Positions 37,418 through 51,757 of a DNA stretch of 64,000 nucleotides are shown in pieces. Numbering within the stretch: position 1 is the first letter of the stretch; each line of letters begins with the position of its first letter. Below the pieces are notes generated by a model. That model was not told the DNA's origin, searched no databases, and worked only from the letters and a program-made list of their open reading frames with translations. Origin of the DNA: Octopus vulgaris. Its lineage: Eukaryota. The position numbers were made by a program, and so were the translations under genes. The stretch covers positions 184,760,001 to 184,824,000 of the forward strand of contig OX597814.1 in NCBI GenBank assembly GCA_951406725.2. Reading direction: 5' to 3'.

Positions 37418-38377
37418 ATCTATCTATGAATACGTGCGTGTGTCTATCTATCGGTGTTGCCCCAGCATGGCTGCAGCTTTGAGTTGAAACCGATAAAATA
37501 AAAAATATATACGTGTGTGCATGTATATGTGTATGTACATACATATATTTTTTTCAGCGAAATAACGTCTGTGACAGCTTCCCAGACAACGCTGAGTGCT
37601 ACAGAACATTTGAATGTCATTGACCAGACAAGACAAATTGCCTCGAATGGAATCCAAGAGTGGAAAATACTGATATTTGTTGTAGTTGTAGCAACAGTGT
37701 TGTTGCTGTTCTTGTTCATGTTGCCATTATTTTCGCTATTATTGTTTATTGTTTTTGTTTTTCTTTTTGTTTTTCGTTTTTAGTGTTGATTTCATGCGAA
37801 CATTAAACTCTCTTTCGGTACCTGAAAAGTCATTATTTTGTCATTTTGAAACATCCATGTACAGGTGTGAATTGTTCTTCGTGGCTATATTGTACTTATT
37901 TATTTATTTATTTTATTGACTTTTTTTTTTTTTTTTTTTTTTTTTTGGTTAGTCATTTGTAAAAACAATCTGATTTACAAGTATGGGGACGTATCCTGCT
38001 TGTTGTTGCTATCATTGTTGCTGAATCGTCAATAAATTTTTTTTAATACGAAAGAAATTTAAAACAAATCGAACTGAAATTTTCTCATATAAAATGTCCT
38101 CAAAGGTGAAAAAAAAACAAAGACGAAAGTAAAATTAATGTAAATAAAACTTCATTTTTGAAATAGTTACATAAAAGGTAGTAACTTTTCCACACTTAAA
38201 ACAAATGTAGTAATCCAAAATTTACAACGTCAACAATAAAAACAAAGAAAAAAAATTGACTCGGACAGAGTGAAATAATAATAATAATATTATTATTATT
38301 TTTAAAAGGATTGACGTAACTCTTCACAAAGATAAACAGTCAAGACGAAGAGCGACAATCGAATCGCACTCTTCGTC

Positions 38378-38772
38378 TTTACTCTTTTACTTGTTTCAGT
38401 CATTTGACTGTGGCCATACTGGAGCACCGCTTTTTAGTCGAGCAAATCGACCCCAGGTCTTGTTATTTGTAAGTCTAGTACTTATTCTATCGGTCTCTTT
38501 TGCCGAACTGCTAAGTTAAGGGGACGTAAACACACAGGCATCGGGTGTCAATCGATGTTAGGGGGGAAAAACACAAACACATAAATACACACACATACAT
38601 ATATATATACATATATACGACGGGCTTCTTTCAGTTTCCGTCTACCAAATCCACTTACAAGGGTTTGGTCGGCCTTGTAGAAGACACTTGCCCAATGTGC
38701 CACGCAGCAGGAATGAACCCAGAACCATGTGGTTGGTAAGCAAGCTACTTACCACACAGCCACTCCTGCGCC

Positions 38773-38773
<1 letters not shown>
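38378..38773 (-). mobile_element. SINE family B, full length
   Basis: Family-B consensus in reverse complement. Confidence 0.9.
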
Positions 38774-38862
<89 letters not shown>

Positions 38863-39004
38863 GAAGAAGAAGAAGAAGAAGAAGAAGAATATTTTTTTCT
38901 AATATAGACACAAGGCCCGAAATTGGGTGGGAGTGACTACCAGATTACATGGGCCCCTGTGCGTAACTTGGCACACTTTTCGCTAACAAACTCCATCCCA
39001 ATCT

Positions 39005-39562
39005 CATCACCAAATGCATCACCTTGAAGCTGTAACAGAAGGCAAAAATGTAACTATTCTTTGAAACTTTCCAGCACATAGAGACAGAACCATCAAAGGG
39101 GAAAAACGGATATTGTTCTAAAAGACCAACACAGTAAAGTCTGTTTATTGATTGACATGAGTATATCTTATGATAATATTTCGGCAAAAGGAGTTGAGAA
39201 GCTCAGAAATTATCAAGATTTGCTAATTGAAATCGTAAAAATGTGGCCTCTCATGGCGATTACAATACCGGTGATTCTAGGAGCACTAGAAATTATCGAA
39301 AAAGGAACTGGAAACTATTTGAAAATGATTCCCTGACTTACCATTCCTGCAAGAAGTGAAATAAATTGTTTTTACTGGCAGGTGACACGTGTTGAGAAGA
39401 GCCTTGTTGCTGTGAGGACGATTGCCATCCATGTAAATAATTTTTGTAAATGAACAATTGGTCAGTTTATTTTAATGTCCATCAGTGTATACAAGGAGTT
39501 TCTTTCCCTAGGGGTCGGGAAGACACTCGGCAAGAAATGGAAACAAAATCGAATGAAGACAA
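39005..39562 (+). mobile_element. 5'-truncated R4/Dong-like LINE: RLE domain plus 3' UTR, followed by (CTA)n
   Basis: Broken translation EAVTEGKNVTIL*NF...DIVLKDQHSKVCLLIDMSISYDNISAKGVEKLRNYQDLLIEIVKMW...IPVILGAL...HVLRRAL. Confidence 0.8.
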
Positions 39563-39578
39563 ACTACTACTACTGCTG

Positions 39579-39643
<65 letters not shown>

Positions 39644-39687
39644 GCTGCTGCTGCTACGACTACTACTACTACGACTACTACTACTAT

Positions 39688-39723
<36 letters not shown>

Positions 39724-39777
39724 TACTACTACTACTACTGCTGCTACTGCTGCTGCTACTGCTACTTATACTACTAT

Positions 39778-39833
<56 letters not shown>

Positions 39834-39835
39834 AT

Positions 39836-39914
<79 letters not shown>

Positions 39915-39953
39915 TTAATAATAATAATAACAATAATAATAATAATGATAATA
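39563..39953. repeat. Compound (CTA)/(CAA)/(TAA) microsatellite
   Basis: Direct. Confidence 0.95.
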
Positions 39954-40669
39954 AATGCTCTAATGCAGTACCAGGCGCTGGTATTGCATTTGAGTAATAA
40001 AGAGCTTGAAGACAAATAGGGACAGTACATAGTCATGATCAAATACGGGTATTTATGAGTGTAACGTGTACAAGGAAATAATCTAAACAACGAATTTTCC
40101 AACCTAGAGTTGCGTGCTCAAAAGCAAGCGCGTTTCCTTGTGTCATGTTCGCTACTCTCCTTAAACTTTCAACAGGTTTGCTAGGCAGCAGCACTCCTTC
40201 TCCTTTCCAAGAAAAAATTGCTGAAGGACGTGTCGCAGAGAATAGTATGTCTTTTGTCCTTCAAATCTTGCGGGGGTGGTTTTTAGATTGATGCCTATTA
40301 ACAATGGAAATATGGTGCCGTAGTCGCACTTCTAACAGCTATCTTCCTTTCGCTGTTCTCTTATTGAAAATTCCGACGCCATGTTTTGAATTGAAAATAA
40401 AACGAATAGGTTGAATCCAAAAACGAAGAAATACAAAAGCAAAATAGCCCCTAACAATTCCTTGGGATAATCGTCGGCGTATTAACAAAAAGCATTTTAA
40501 TAGATTCTGATCTGTGCCCTTCTCATTGTATGACACGAAGGAGTGTACCTATAAGTATGTGTGTGATATTCTGTAAGATCTTGTTAGTACTACGTGACAT
40601 GCATCTTGGAGCGCGCGTTATTTAATATAGACATTGTGTACGACAAGAGTAATGTGGATATCAACATTA

Positions 40670-41375
40670 AACAACAACAACAACAGCAACAGCATAACAA
40701 GTATAACAAAGTAAAAACAAGGGAGACGAAATTAAAAGTAAAAAAAAAGCAGAAGATAGGAAACCAGGAGCGAAGTGTTAAAAGGGGAAACGGAAAAAAG
40801 ATTGAGTGGGAGAACGAAAGATCAGGGAAAATATAGAAAGAAAAGAAGAGAGAAATGAAAAAAAAGAAGAGAAAGAAAGAAAGAAAGAACGAAAGAAAGA
40901 ATGGGTGGGAAGAAGAAAAATGTTGAACTGATAAAGACAAAAAGAAAAGAGCAAAATTAGGAAAAAAAGAAAGAGATACGAAAAGAATAATGTTAAGAAT
41001 GAAATATAAGACAAGGGGAAAATAAAAAAAAAAAAGGAGAATAATAGAAATGGAAAAAAAAAAAAAAATTGACACAGAAAGAAAACATGAGTAAGAAGAA
41101 GAAAGAAAAGATGACAAAAAAGAAAGGGAGACGAGAGAAAAAATTACGTAGGAGGTAAACAGAACATTATGAAAAAAACAAAGTAGAAACAGAATGAACG
41201 ATTAAAAAAAAATAGAAAAGAAAGAATAAAGTGCTGCACAGGTAAAAACGAAACAAAAAGGAAGTCAGAAAAGAATGAAAGAATGGCGCCAAAAATGAAG
41301 ATGGAAGGAAATGAAGAAATAAGGGACGTATAACTAAAGAAGTGATAAAAAGCATAGAAAAACAATTGAATGAAA

Positions 41376-41408
<33 letters not shown>

Positions 41409-41689
41409 AAGTATGAGGAGGAGGAGGGGAGGGGAAAGGGAGGGGAGGAGGAAAAGGGGACAGAAGACGAGGAAGGGAGTAGAAAGTAGAGGGAATAAGA
41501 ATAGAGGAGTTGAGAAGGAGACAGTAGAGGTGAAGGAGAAGGTAGAGAAGGTGGAGAAGAAGACGAAGAAGAAGAAAAAGAAGAAGAAGACGAAGAAGAA
41601 GAAGAAGAAGAACAACAACAACAACAACAACAACAAGAACAAGAACAAGAAGAACAAGAACATAAGGACAAGGAGGAGGAGGAGGAGGA

Positions 41690-41776
<87 letters not shown>

Positions 41777-41800
41777 GAAGAAGAAAAGGAGGGGTAAGAT
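40670..41800. repeat. Purine-rich low-complexity tract with GAA/AAC/AAT runs
   Basis: Direct. Confidence 0.9.
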
Positions 41801-42079
41801 CAAATAATAGCAATTGAAAGAAGAATTTGAAAGATTGTTATAATTAGAAATAAGAAGCGTGATGTGGGCGAAAGCGGTACAAGTCAAAGACTGTAAGGAG
41901 GCGGATGAGATAGCTTTATTCTAAGGACAAGGACTGGAAGAGAACATTGGTTGGAAAGAAAGTTTAAGAGTGAAGACAAAAGATACGCTGATAGCTAGCT
42001 GAATTATGAAAATGGAAAAAGGAACTAAGTTCCAGTGTTGGAATACTGAGAGAAATTAGGAAGAATCTTTAAAGGCGTA

Positions 42080-42816
42080 GGAGGACAAACAAGGACAAAG
42101 GGATAAAGTCGAATTGATCGACCCCAGTGCGTAACTGGTACTTAATTTATCGACCTCGAAAGGATGAAATGCAAAGTCGACCTCGGCGGAATTTTTACTC
42201 AGAACGTAAAGACAGACGAAATGCCTATTTCTTTACTACCCATAAGGGGCTAAAAACAGAGAGGACGAATAAGGACAGACAAAAGGGATTAAGTCGATAA
42301 TATCGACCTCAGTACGTAACTGCTACTTATTTAATCGACCCCGAAAGGATGAAAGGCAAAGTCGACCTCGGTGGAATTTGAACTCAGAACGTAGCAGCAG
42401 ACGAAACACCTATTTCTTTACTACCCACAAGGGACTAAACACAGAGGGGACAAACAAGGACAGACAAACGGATTAAGTCGATTATATCGACCCCAGTGCG
42501 TAACTGCTACTTATTTAATCGATCCCGAAAGGATGAAAGGCAAAGTCGACCTCGGTGGAATTTGAACTCAGAACGTAGCAGCAGACGAAACACCTATTTC
42601 TTTACTACCCACAAGGGGCTAAACACAGAGGGGACAAACAAGGACAGACAAACGGATTAAGTCGATTATATCGACCCCAGTGCGTAACTGCTACTTATTT
42701 AATCGATCCCGAAAGGATGAAAGGCAAAGTCGACCTCGGCGGAATTTGAACTCAGAACGTAGCTACTACTGCTAAGCATTTCGCCTGACGTCCTAACGTT
42801 TCTGCCAGCTCGCCGC
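42080..42816 (-). mobile_element. Tandem array of four family-A1 units (~184-185-bp period)
   Basis: cctatttctttactacc recurs at 42224, 42409 and 42593; only the unit ending at 42816 has the 5' head. Confidence 0.92.
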
Positions 42817-43665
42817 TGGCATTAGATACATATGTTTTATATAATACACATACACTCACACACATATAGAGAGAAAGGAGAGTGAGAGTGAAAGAGGAAA
42901 TTTAGAAGGAAATAAAGAAAATAGGGAGACGGAGGAAACAAGATTAAGAGACAGTGGGAGACAGTGGGTGACAGCGAGAGAGCATTAATGGCATGTGTAA
43001 ATAGTTAAGATAATTCGGGTTGGCAGGAATTTGTTAAATCGCATCCAAAGAAGATCTAACACTGTTTATATAAAAGTTCGAGCAACCACAACGAGTGAGA
43101 TAATTGAGAAAAGACCTAAGACCAAGAAGTAAAGGAAAATTAGAAAAAATGAGGAGAGGAAGAAAATGAATGAGGGAGTGAAAAACAGAGGGGGAGAGAG
43201 AGAGAGAAGTGATGATATAAGGTATTGGTTCGACTTTCGTTATTAACAGGAGCAAGTGAAGGGACGTAACAAGGAAAGAAAGGAAGTTATATTTGGGCTG
43301 CGTGTGCACATGCATACATATACATATCTGCATGCTCATACACACACAAACATTTCTAAGTGTGTGTGTGTGTGTGTGTATGTGTGTGTATGTGTGTGTG
43401 TATGTGTGTGTGTAATAAAATTTGAACTTTAATGAATGCCTTTTAATGTTCGTTAGCCATCGTCAAGAAAGCAGACATTTTGTTTATTAAGGAATGTTGC
43501 TAAAATTGTTGATGCATAGATGTTTTAAGTATTTGGATGTAAGCTTACACACACACACACACACACACAAACAAACAAACAAACACACACACACAATCTC
43601 TCTCTCTCTCTTCCCTTTTCTCTCAGATATACATGTATGTGTACATACAGACATATATATATATG

Positions 43666-44082
43666 TAGGCGTAGGAGTGGCTGTATGGTAAGCAGCTTGC
43701 TTACGAAACATGGTTCTGGATTTAGTCCCACTGCGTGGCACCTGGGCAAGTGTCTTCTACTACAGCCTCGGGCCGATCAAAGCCTTGTGGGTGGATTTGG
43801 TCGACGGAAACGGAAAGAAGCCCTTCGTATATATGCATATATGTATGTATATATGTATGTTTGTGTATATGTTTGTGTGTGTATGTTTGTCTCCCCAACA
43901 TCACTTGACAACCGATGCTGGTGGTGTGTTTACGTCCTAGTAACATTAAGGGTTCGGCAAAAGAGACTGATAGAATAAGTACTAGGCTTACAAAGAATAA
44001 GTCCTGGGGGTCGATTTGCTCGACTAAAGGCGGTGCTCCAGCATGGCCACAGTCACATGACTAAATCAAGTAAAAAGAAGAG
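43666..44082 (+). mobile_element. SINE family B, full length
   Basis: Family-B consensus. Confidence 0.9.
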
Positions 44083-44198
44083 TATATACATACATACACA
44101 CATAATACACACACATATATATGTACGTATATGTATGCATACATGTAATTATATATCTGTGTATATGTCTCTATGTATCTATCTCTTTGGTTGTGTGT

Positions 44199-44239
<41 letters not shown>

Positions 44240-44363
44240 CGTGCTTTCAGTGACTACTTGGTATACATACAGAGACTTCTCCTCGACGGTGACTTGCATC
44301 TTGCTGAATGGGTGGATGGCAGATGGTAACCTATTGTACACACACTCACACACATACACCCAC

Positions 44364-44426
<63 letters not shown>

Positions 44427-44799
44427 TACAAACATACACATACGCAGTTTTTTGTAATCCTGAATCATCAGGAAAAAATAGAACGGGAAGCTGAGACGAC
44501 GGGTGGAGGGGTAGTGAAGCGATGTCAATTCTATTCTTAGAGATAGGAACTACTCGTGTTTGGTGAATTTAAGGTGAATAAGGGCACACCGTTACATGTC
44601 ACAAACTGGCAGTGGGAATAGGTCGAAGGTAAGGGAGACGAGATATTTGAGGATGTTTACACCACTTATACCAAGAACAAAATTCAAAATTAGAATATGG
44701 CATCGAGACTAAGTGTAAATGTTTAAAGCATTCTACAAATGTGCGTGTGTGCGTGCATGTGTGTAAGTGCGCTCGAACGCGTATCTGTATATATGTGTC

Positions 44800-45047
44800 C
44801 TTTCCGTCCTTGTTTACGTATACATTTGCTGCTTTCTTCCAAGGAATCTAATGCTCTTAGCTTAAGTTTTCCTTGGGGCTGGCCAGATTGGAGCAATCTC
44901 AAGAATAATCAGCCAAAATTACGAGGATAATCTGGTACTTGACTGAGGAAACAAAACTTCAAATGACCCGTCCTTATTTTCTTTGTATCGTCTATCTGGA
45001 TGTTTTGTTCCTTTTTGTATCACCTAGCTGTCCGAATGTTTTGCCGA
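44800..45047 (+). mobile_element. TA-flanked PLE-like mini element
   Basis: Homologous to 18909-19098; CTGAGGA at 44943-44949. Confidence 0.6.
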
Positions 45048-45113
45048 TATATATATATATATATATATATCGGCATATGTACACTTTGGTCTCTTATATA
45101 TACATATACATAT

Positions 45114-45385
45114 GACGTCCTGTACCCATATATACATGCATATATGGGTACAGGACGTCACCAACGGTGCAAATAACATGAAATAAGTAAACAGCGAGAA
45201 AAGAATGAAAAACAGGACAAGTAAACACATAGAGAAAGGACCCTTCATCGGTTGTCGGCTGTCTATCTACTCCCCATTTCGAGCATTCAACGACAATATG
45301 AATCTTCAAAGACAGTCGCTCCCGTAAATTCTTAGATAAAATTTATGATTTATGGAGGGTTAAAGTTGGGAACAAAAACCCATAT
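45114..45385 (-). mobile_element. TA-flanked PLE-like mini element with terminal 20-bp inverted repeat
   Basis: gacgtcctgtacccatatat-acatgc-atatatgggtacaggacgtc; related to 7439-7598. Confidence 0.55.
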
Positions 45386-45398
45386 ATGTCTTTATACA

Positions 45399-45483
<85 letters not shown>

Positions 45484-45954
45484 CTTTAAGTTCTTACTTG
45501 TCTTTAAGTTCTTACTTGTTTCAGTCTTTAGATTGCGGGCATGCCTTGAAGAATTTGTAGTCAAATGTATCGATCTCAGTATCGATCTTTTAAAAGACTG
45601 GGACTTATTCTATCGGTACTTATCCTATCATTTGCTAAACCTAAGCTACGAAACAAGAAATACATCACCACCGAATATCAAGCAGTGGTGGAGGGACAAA
45701 CACGGACGCAAAGACACATACACACACACGCGCGCACACATACACACGTATATACATTTTAAACTTTCACCCATGTGTTGCTAATGAACTTATGCAAGTG
45801 CCAATGATATTTTCATTTAGCTAATGAAAATAAAGCTGTAACAGTAAAATTAATTTTTCATAAATGTTGTTTCTTTTTCCTTTTGTCAACCTTTCAAATG
45901 TGGGATTTCTGCCGCACCACTTAATTTTTCGCCTCTTGACAGAATAAAGAGGAA

Positions 45955-46185
45955 AAACTCCCCTCGGTGATGAATGACCATAGGACTGCATCTAGAAAGT
46001 TCCCCTCCGAGGTACAAGTCCGGGCAAGGCTGTTTATGGAAGACCAGCATTTGTCCATGCATACCAGCCTCCCCTCTCCACACCACCGATGTTATCCAAG
46101 GGAAAGGCAAAGGCCAATACGGCTTGGCACCTGTGACGTCGCAACGTGAAATAAAGTGTCTTGCTCAAGAACACAATATGCAGCC
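45955..46185 (-). mobile_element. SINE family C, partial
   Basis: Reverse complement of 2730-3060. Confidence 0.75.
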
Positions 46186-46214
46186 CGAATTTTGTAATTA
46201 GAATTCTTATTAGT

Positions 46215-46680
46215 AAGTTTTTCTTTAAACTCTTGTTAGTTCGACGGTTTCATACGGAATGTAAAGCTTCTTTCCATAATATTCCATTACAGAGGTAATA
46301 ATTTTTCAACGTCTTTAGTTCAAAGCTATAACGTAGAGTTAAAAATACTATAAATATTAAAAAAATTTTTACTTTATTATTCTTGTAATCTTTATATTTT
46401 TTCTTCACAGTTTTTAATTTGATAAAACCGGCGTAGTTGCTACAATCTTGAATTTGACTTCTTTCTTTACTTCCAGTATTTCTTTATTGTCCTTCCAAAA
46501 TATTCAAGCTTTGTTTGAGTTTTCTCCTATATTCAAGTTGGATTGACGATAGTTGTTTCCTTACTAGTTGGCATTATTTTACTTTTTGCAGCACTTATTT
46601 CCATTCTGTATCTTGTTGCAGTAACATCAAGATACGTTGCAGGATCTCTAGTTGTATCACGAGATATTGCAGTATATCTT
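46215..46680 (-). pseudogene. Decayed RTE-clade reverse transcriptase C-terminal fragment
   Basis: Minus-strand translation LDVTATRYRMEISAAKSKIM...LEYFGRTI...EVKFKIVATT resembles RTE RT (YGMEISAEKSKIM...F.YLG.TI...EVK.RIA.A); many stops. Confidence 0.55.
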
Positions 46681-46759
46681 GATAAAACTATTAAGTTTAT
46701 GTCAACGGCATAACAGAAACTTATGACATTTATAACTCTTTAAAATTTCCTACAAAACA

Positions 46760-47660
46760 AATACAGTAAACAAGTATAGAAAATATTCTATTAGCATATT
46801 CAAGAAGTTTGGTTTTTATATTACAGTAACCGCAAACAAAGGGAAAATGAACTCTCTAGATAAAACATTAGAGCTAGCATTTGATAGAATTTAACCATAT
46901 AGAATGTCTTACAAGGTGTTCTTGCATATAGATAAAAATTCTGCCTTTCCAATATATTATAATACTTACTTAGTAATATTGATATCTAATCTATTTTCAG
47001 GCAAGACAATCTGATATAAAACAAACAATTATTACAATAATGCTTAAGAAAAAGCAATTTTAAAGAACAAATCAGTGTCTTACTCAAACGCATCTTCCTT
47101 CGGCAAAATCAAAATCAAATGTAGATTGAAATTTCTTAAATCTAATATAGAAAAAACAGCTTAGAAACGTGGTAAAACACACTGTTTAACAAAATAGATG
47201 TCAACATCAGTTACAGCTGTAAGAAAAATGTTTGCAAGTATAATTAGTAATATTCGAGTAGCCAGTCAAAACAACATTGAATAAACTGAAAATAAGTGTT
47301 GAATAGAATAGAACTTTTTTTTCTCAACAAAATCAATAGTGAAGTCAGCCTGATATTCTTCGTCGGTACAATAGAAAAATGTATATATTAATTACATATC
47401 CAACTTTGGGAATCTAGAATGAAAAAGTTCCACAACATTGTCTAGATATGTGTGCCATTTGAAAGACCGGCGTGTTGACCATGTTGACACCTACTGGACA
47501 ATCGTTGGAAACTGCAGATCTTATAATAAGGAAAGACCACATTGACAACACTGCATAGCAGGAAAGCACAAGACACAAAATGTCAAAGATACTTCAAAAT
47601 GCCTTTACTAAGACATTCTACCTGACGAATTGTAACATTAAAATAGAATCAGATTGAAAT
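46760..47660 (+). pseudogene. Decayed Penelope-like element ORF (RT C-terminus, linker, GIY-YIG endonuclease)
   Basis: Broken translation IFKKFGFYITVTANKGKMNSLDKTLEL...PYR...LFNKIDVNISYSC...STTLSRYVCHLKD...YWTIVGNCRSYNK matches PLE motifs IFK..GL.ITI..N...VNFLDVT, IFNRNTVK.SYSC and ST.LS.YIW.LK...W.I. Confidence 0.65.
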
Positions 47661-47796
47661 ACTGAGCATAAAAAATAGGTCCAACCGGTTGTGTACAAAA
47701 CACCGTCCCTAAATGTGCTTGATGTGTGTGACTGTGTATATAAGTGTGTGCACATGTGTGTACGAGTGCATGTATACATATAGGTGTATATATATA

Positions 47797-48212
47797 AGGC
47801 GACGAGCTGGCAGAAACGTTAACGCGCCGGGCGAAATGCTTAGCGGTATTTTGTCTGTCGTTACGTTCTGAGTTCAAATTCCGCCGAGGTCGACTTTACC
47901 TTTCATCCTTTCGGGGTCGATAAATAAAGTACCAGTTTCGCACTGGGGTCGATGCAATCGCCGTAATCCTTTTGTCTGTCCTTTTTTGTCCCCTCTGTGT
48001 TTAGCACCTTGTGGGTAATAAAGAAATAGGTATTTTGTCTTTCGTTACGTTTTGAGTTCAAATTCCGCCGAGGTCGACTTTGCCTTTCATCCTTTCAGGG
48101 TCGATGAATAAAGTACCAGTTTCGCACTGGGGTCGATGCAATCGACTTAATCCCTTTGTCTGTCCTTGTTTGTCCCCTCTATGTTTAGCCCCTTGTGGGC
48201 AATAAAGAAATA
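47797..48212 (+). mobile_element. SINE family A1 dimer
   Basis: A full unit followed by a headless unit via aaagaaataggtattttgtct. Confidence 0.92.
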
Positions 48213-49059
48213 TATAGGTGTATATATATTAAACTTTGATGCTCTATCAATCTGAAAAGTGCTGCAGAATATTAAAATTTATTCCAGTTATGAAGTTGTT
48301 CAGTGACTCAGAAACAAATTTTTTTTTTTTTGCGAATATAGCTCTTCTCTTCCTACGAATTTTTGACTCGATGCCAATTCGGCAAATAAAAATAATTAAA
48401 TTGATTGAATAACACCCTGCGACAACGAATTTGAGTACTGTGGCTGTTCTGCATGAAATAGTTGCCAAATCTCCCTCAAATGATACCTTACAGTAAAAAA
48501 CAAAAATACTTTGAAAAATGCACTCCCATGTTCATTACACATAAGAACAGGAAGAGATAGTTAAGAATAGAATGCTTTTGATCATAGATCTGCGCGGTTT
48601 AATTAACTTAAGGCTAAACACCAGGAACAAAAGCAAAACCTTCCTATAATTTCTATTTGTAGTGGACGAGATCAACACGATACAAATGTTTTGGCCGCAG
48701 GAACAAAACGGCATCATTGAAATTATATATAAAATACAATAAATAACTGGCTAAAAATCTTATATTTCAGTAATTTCGTTATCAGGGTCCATAGTTAGAC
48801 TGGATATTTTCACTTCTTGGGAGATGTTATTTTTGTAGGAAAAAGATATGATTTGTAGAAATCCTAGCTAATATTCTTGAGCTTCAATGCATTTCGTAAT
48901 TTTATCTACCACTTTTACCTTCTTTTCCTTTGCGTTTCTTTATATATTCATTTATAAGGTTTTTTTGGTAGTTTTTTTTTGGGGGGGGGTTCTTTTTTCT
49001 CTTCAACGTTTAACGTGGTTATTGTTACTTCAGTTCTGTGCATGTTCTTCTTAAAGTTT

Positions 49060-49294
49060 TATTTACTCTTTTACTTCTTTCAGTCATTTGACTGCGGCCA
49101 TGCTGGAGCACCGCCTTTAGTCGAGCAAATCGACCCCATGACATATTCTTTGTAAGCCTAGTACTTATTCTATTGGTCTCTTTTGCCGAACTGCTAAGTT
49201 ACGGGGACGTAAACAGACCAGCAGCGGTTGTCAAGCGATGTTGTGGGGGACAAACACAGACACACACATACATACATATACATACATACATACA

Positions 49295-49384
<90 letters not shown>

Positions 49385-49631
49385 AATATATATATATGTA
49401 TGTATATATGTATGTATGTATGTATGTATGTGTGTATATATATATATATACATACATACTTATATACGATGGGCTTCTTTCAGTTTCCGTCTACCAAATC
49501 CACTCACAAGGCTTTGGTCGGCCCGAGACTATAGTAGAAGACACTTGCCCAAGGTGCTACACAGTGGGACTGAACCGGGAACGATGTGGTTGGTAAGCAA
49601 GCTACTTACCACACAGCCACTCCTACGCCTA
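49060..49631 (-). mobile_element. SINE family B with expanded internal microsatellite
   Basis: Family-B halves are separated by ~200 bp of CATA/TA/TATG. Confidence 0.9.
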
Positions 49632-50423
49632 CATATTTCTCCATTTTCTGTACTTCTTTACTTACCCCCTTACTACATTTTCTTACAGATATTTCATGCT
49701 AAGGAATTGCTCACTTTTTGCTAACATACTTTTACTATATTTTTACCTGTGTTTCCTTTGTAAGCTTTTCAATATCATTCAATTTTCAATAGCATTTAAA
49801 CTAAATTAATACATTAAACATACTATTTTCTAAAGTTAATTCTATTTTTCCCTAGTTGTCTAATTCCTACCGATAAGGCGATTACCTTAAATACGTCTAC
49901 CTTCGTAAGTCTTCTCACATTACATCTAAAATATAAAACTATTAAGAATTGTTGACAATTTAGTTTTCGATTTCAATTCTTCAATCATCTCTTTTATAAT
50001 CATCGCCAAATTTCTTTCTTTTCCGGCAATCTCTCTTTTCCCTTATCTTCTACTTCTTCCTACAACTTTCCCTCTTAGCCTATATTCCCAAAACAATCTC
50101 CATCGTTACACTATTTCCTTCTCCTTTTTTTCCCTCCGTCTCCTCTGCATTCAATTCTTCTATTTCTTCTTAATACTTTCCATGATTGAAGAGATAGCAA
50201 TGTTTTCAAAGATTTCAGCATGTTCGTATTCTTGGAATAATTGCAAGCCGTTATGAAGTAGTGTACATTATCAACAAAGCAAACTGAGACAGCGAACAAC
50301 GTTTCGTGCCTAGCTCAGGGACACTGCTGCACCACAGAATGGCTTTAAGATTTGTACTAATGGCATTATCCATAACCTTTGCCTTCAACTATATTCATCA
50401 TACAATTAAATATTAGCGTGATT

Positions 50424-50722
50424 GTATGTATGTATGTATGTATGTATGTATGTATGTATGTATGTATGTATGTATGTATGTATGTATGTATGTATGTATG
50501 TGTGTATGTATGTATGTGTGTATGTATGTATGTATGTATGTATGTGTGTATGTATGTATGTATATACATATATATTTAAATATATATATATGTATGTATA
50601 TATGTATATATATATATATGTATATATATATATCTATATATATATGTATATATATATATGTATATGTATATATATATGTATATGTATATATATGTATATA
50701 TATGTATATGTATATATATACA
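50424..50722. repeat. (TATG)n/(TA)n microsatellite
   Basis: Direct. Confidence 0.95.
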
Positions 50723-51149
50723 CACAGAGGGATAACTATATGTAATCACATAGACATACATAACTATGTATATTTGTACTGTGTGTGTGATTGATTGAGT
50801 GAGTGGAGAGAGAGAGAGACAGGGACAGACAGACAGACAGATTGAGGGAGTGTACGAGTGTACATTGAAACGGTGTGTCGAACTAACATGCCTTGTTTTA
50901 TTTCGAACCAATTCGGTTATACATTTTTTTTTATTCACGCTCCACTTCATCTTTCATCTTTCTCCAGAGTTGATTTTAAAAAGTACAAGACGACCATACA
51001 ATGTGCATAGGTCGATATGATCAACTAAACCTCTTGAAGGCGTTTTCAAAGCCTGGCTGCAGTTCAGAGACTGAAACAATAGAAAGGCAGTGAGAACAAG
51101 AGTAAAGAATCAGATAGGGGAAGAGGAGGTATGAGAGGCGAGGTAGCGA

Positions 51150-51726
51150 AGTGGAGGAGGAGGAGGAGGAGGAGGAGCAAGAAGAAGAAGAAGAAGAAGA
51201 AGAAGAAGGAGAAGGAGAAGGAGGAGAAGAAGAAGGAGAAGGAGAAGGAGAAGAAGGAGAACGAGAAACAGAAAAAGAAGACGAAGAAGGCGTAGGAGGA
51301 GGAGGAGGAAAGAAAGAAGTGGAAGAGGAAGTAGAAGAAGAGGGAAGAAGGAGAGAAGAAGAAGGAGAAGAAGGAGAAGAAGAAGAGGGAAAGAAACAGA
51401 AGAAGAAGATGAAGCAGAAGAAGGAGGAGAAGAAGAAGAAGAAGAAGAAGAAGAAGAAGAAGAAGAAAAAGAGGGAAGAGGGAGAGAAGAAGAAGGAGAA
51501 GAAGAAGAGGAGAGAAAGAGAAGAAGATGAAGCAGAAGAAGGAGAAGAAGAAGAAGAAGAAGAAGAAGAAGAAGAGGGAAGAGAGAGAGAAGAAGGAGAA
51601 GCGGGAAGAGGGAGAGAAGAAGGAGAAGGAGAAGAAGAAGAAGAAGATGGAAGAAGGAGAAGATGGAAGAAGGAGAGAAGAAGAAGATGGATGAAGAAGA
51701 AGAAGAAGAAGAAGAAGAAGAAGAAG

Positions 51727-51757
<31 letters not shown>

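Noticed and set aside
42080-42816. Regularly spaced repeats as a CRISPR-like array or retrozyme
   Set aside because: Units are whole SINE bodies with no unique spacers, and I found no hammerhead core on either strand.
50295-50340. Minus-strand gtgtc...ggcacGAAAcgTT as a hammerhead
   Set aside because: Stem II and GAAA are present but there is no CUGANGA in position and no stem I.
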